A stretch of DNA of 64,000 nt from an uncultured delta proteobacterium (GTDB taxonomy: Bacteria; Myxococcota; Myxococcia; Myxococcales; Myxococcaceae). The notes beneath the pieces are model-generated. The model worked only from the letters and a program-made list of their open reading frames with translations, was not told the DNA's origin and searched no databases. A program made the translations under genes and the position numbers. Positions 62,173 to 64,000 of the stretch are shown here, in pieces; the first letter of the stretch is position 1, and every line of letters begins with the position of its first letter. The DNA lies in the NCBI GenBank assembly GCA_963713045.1, contig CAVQKE010000003.1, forward strand, positions 1,184,001-1,248,000. The letters run 5' to 3'.

Positions 62173-62854
62173 CGCACTGTCAGCGTTTTGAGCAGGAGGG
62201 CCTGGTGCGTTTCGTCGCCGGTGAGCCCTTGGACGCCCACTTCGACAGCTGTCCGGATTGCCAAAGCGCACGGGCCAGCTACGCAGCACTCGCCTCGGCA
62301 CTCAAAGACGCTCGGGACAGCTACAGCCCAGCCGGGAATTGGGAGGCGAAGGTGTGGGCGCGCATTCAGCGGGGTCAGGACGCCCGCCGCCCACGTCCCT
62401 GGGCAGCCTTCGCCGCGTTTGGGGCTTCCGCCGCAGCGCTCGCCGTCTTCTTCCTCACCTCGTCCTTCGGGGGCCCTGAGACGCTTGAGCTCGCCACCGT
62501 CCAGGTGGAGCGTGGCTCTGGCGTCGCCGTCCGCGCCTCGCGCGGGGGGTCTCCGCGGCGCCCGGCGACGTCCTGCACCTGGTGGCCAAGGTGCCCCGCG
62601 GGAAGCTGGGGGACCTGCGCGTCTACCGGGGTGCCGACGAAATGGTTTTTGCGTGCGCCCAAAGCGCCACCTGCCTGCATTCCAGGGACGGACTGGAAGC
62701 CAGGGTGACACTCGACAAGCCTGGCATTTACCGCAGCATTGCCATTGCAGCGGACCGAGAGCTGCCAGTGGCCACCGGAAAGCTGGACACGGACTACGCC
62801 GCGGCGATGCATGCCGGGAGCGCCAAGGAGTCGCCTCCGGTGGAAGTTCTCTAA
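62169..62854 (+). CDS. Zinc-finger (ZAS) transmembrane anti-sigma factor; frameshift at G6 run 62544-62549
   Basis: ATGA overlap with the sigma stop; HFDSCPDC and a TM helix. One added G continues into APGDVLHLVAKV... (ORF 62582..62854). Confidence 0.8.
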
Positions 62855-62869
62855 GGGCCCCGGCCGCTT

Positions 62870-63949
62870 TCAGGGACGCGCGCGGTCCGCCCGCGGGTAA
62901 CTCCCCAACACCTTGCAGGTCTCGGCCTGCCCGGCCAATGTGGCCAAGGCTTTGGCCACGGGTGCGTCCTCGACGTGGCCCTCCATGTCCACGAAGAAGG
63001 CCGACTCCCACGGCCGGCGTCGGCTCGGGCGGCTTTCAATCTTGGTGAGGTTGACGCCTTCGTCGGAGAAGGGCTGAAGCAGCCGCAACAGCGCCCCCGG
63101 GCCATCCTTTACCAACAGCAGGACGGACGTCCTATCCTTGCCGGTGGCGCGCCCTTGCTCGCGGCCGATGACCAGGAAGCGTGTCGCGTTGTCGGCCAAG
63201 TCCTGGATGCCCTCGGCCACGACGACCAGGTCATGCAGGCGCCCGGCCAACTCCGAGGCAATGGCCGCCCCGTTGGCGTCCTCGCGCGCCACCCGGGCCG
63301 CCTCGGCGGTGCTGGGCGTTTCCACCTGTGCCGCGTGCGCCAGGTTGGCGGCCAGCCAGCGTCGGCACTGCCCCAAGGCTTGCGGATGGCTGTAGACGCG
63401 TTGGACCGCCGGCAGTTCCAGGCCCGGGCGCACCAACAGGCACTGGGTAATGTCCAGAATGATTTCCCCGGAGATGTTGAGGGGGGAGTCCAGAAACGTG
63501 TCCAGGGTGTGCAGCACCGCGCCCTCGGTGCTGTTTTCCACCGGAACGACGCCGAAGTCCGCGCGCCCCTGCTCCACTTCGGTGAAGACGCCAGCGATGG
63601 TACCCACCGGCTGTGCCCGGGCAGAGAAGCCGAATTGGTGCGTCACTGCCATGTGGGTGAAGGTTGCCTCCGGGCCGAGGTAAGCCACCCGCAGGCCCTG
63701 TTCCAGAGACAGGCAGGCGGAGAAGACTTCCTGGAAAACGGGGCGAATGGCGGAGGAGGGAAAGGGCCCTGGGTTGGCCGCCACCAGCCGCTCGAGGATG
63801 GCTCGCTCCCGGCGCGGCACGTAGAAGGGCAGCTGGCGGACTTCTTTGAAGCTGGCGACCTGCTCCACCAAGCGGGCGCGCCGGTTGAGGAGTCGCAGCA
63901 GCTCGTCGTCCACCGCATCGATGGCAGCCCGCAACTCGTCCAGCTCCAT
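62870..63949 (-). CDS. pheA: Chorismate mutase / prephenate dehydratase (P-protein)
   Basis: LRAAIDAVD, YLGPEATFT, VPVENSTEG, SHPQALGQC, NATRF and NLTKIESRP motifs. Confidence 0.95.
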   Translation of the reverse strand: MELDELRAAIDAVDDELLRLLNRRARLVEQVASFKEVRQLPFYVPRRERAILERLVAANPGPFPSSAIRPVFQEVFSACLSLEQGLRVAYLGPEATFTHMAVTHQFGFSARAQPVGTIAGVFTEVEQGRADFGVVPVENSTEGAVLHTLDTFLDSPLNISGEIILDITQCLLVRPGLELPAVQRVYSHPQALGQCRRWLAANLAHAAQVETPSTAEAARVAREDANGAAIASELAGRLHDLVVVAEGIQDLADNATRFLVIGREQGRATGKDRTSVLLLVKDGPGALLRLLQPFSDEGVNLTKIESRPSRRRPWESAFFVDMEGHVEDAPVAKALATLAGQAETCKVLGSYPRADRARP

Positions 63950-64000
63950 ATTGACGCCGAAGTCCCGGCCCCGACGCTCCCAGCCACCCTGGACGGCTCC

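Overview
High-GC chromosomal window, most likely from a Myxococcota (Cystobacterineae-like) bacterium; this is inferred from gene content, not tested. It holds msrPQ, several secreted lipoproteins, a cysK-sulfurtransferase pair, a complete alternative complex III (act) plus caa3-type A2 oxidase operon, Lhr helicase plus SRAP, 2-oxoacid dehydrogenase E1 alpha/beta, apt, a Phd-RelE toxin-antitoxin pair, a kynurenine/3-hydroxyanthranilate catabolic cluster and pheA. I saw no rRNA, tRNA, CRISPR array or IS element. Seven single-base frameshifts, mostly in homopolymers, look like long-read errors. Four observations stand out. (1) A polycysteine leader peptide (…RACCRCCRR, all Cys codons TGT) with downstream hairpins lies in front of cysK/sulfurtransferase, suggesting cysteine-sensing attenuation. 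(2) An unannotated structured Pxr-like sRNA in the 42.2-42.7 kb gap has a hairpin-sequestered perfect SD and a 14-aa ORF. (3) Two parallel modules each combine an ECF sigma, a zinc anti-sigma and an exported clan-CD protease (a caspase-beta-barrel in one, a TPR-CHAT with an orphan small partner gene in the other). (4) The adjacent SRAP and lhr genes share a leaderless-type upstream motif.
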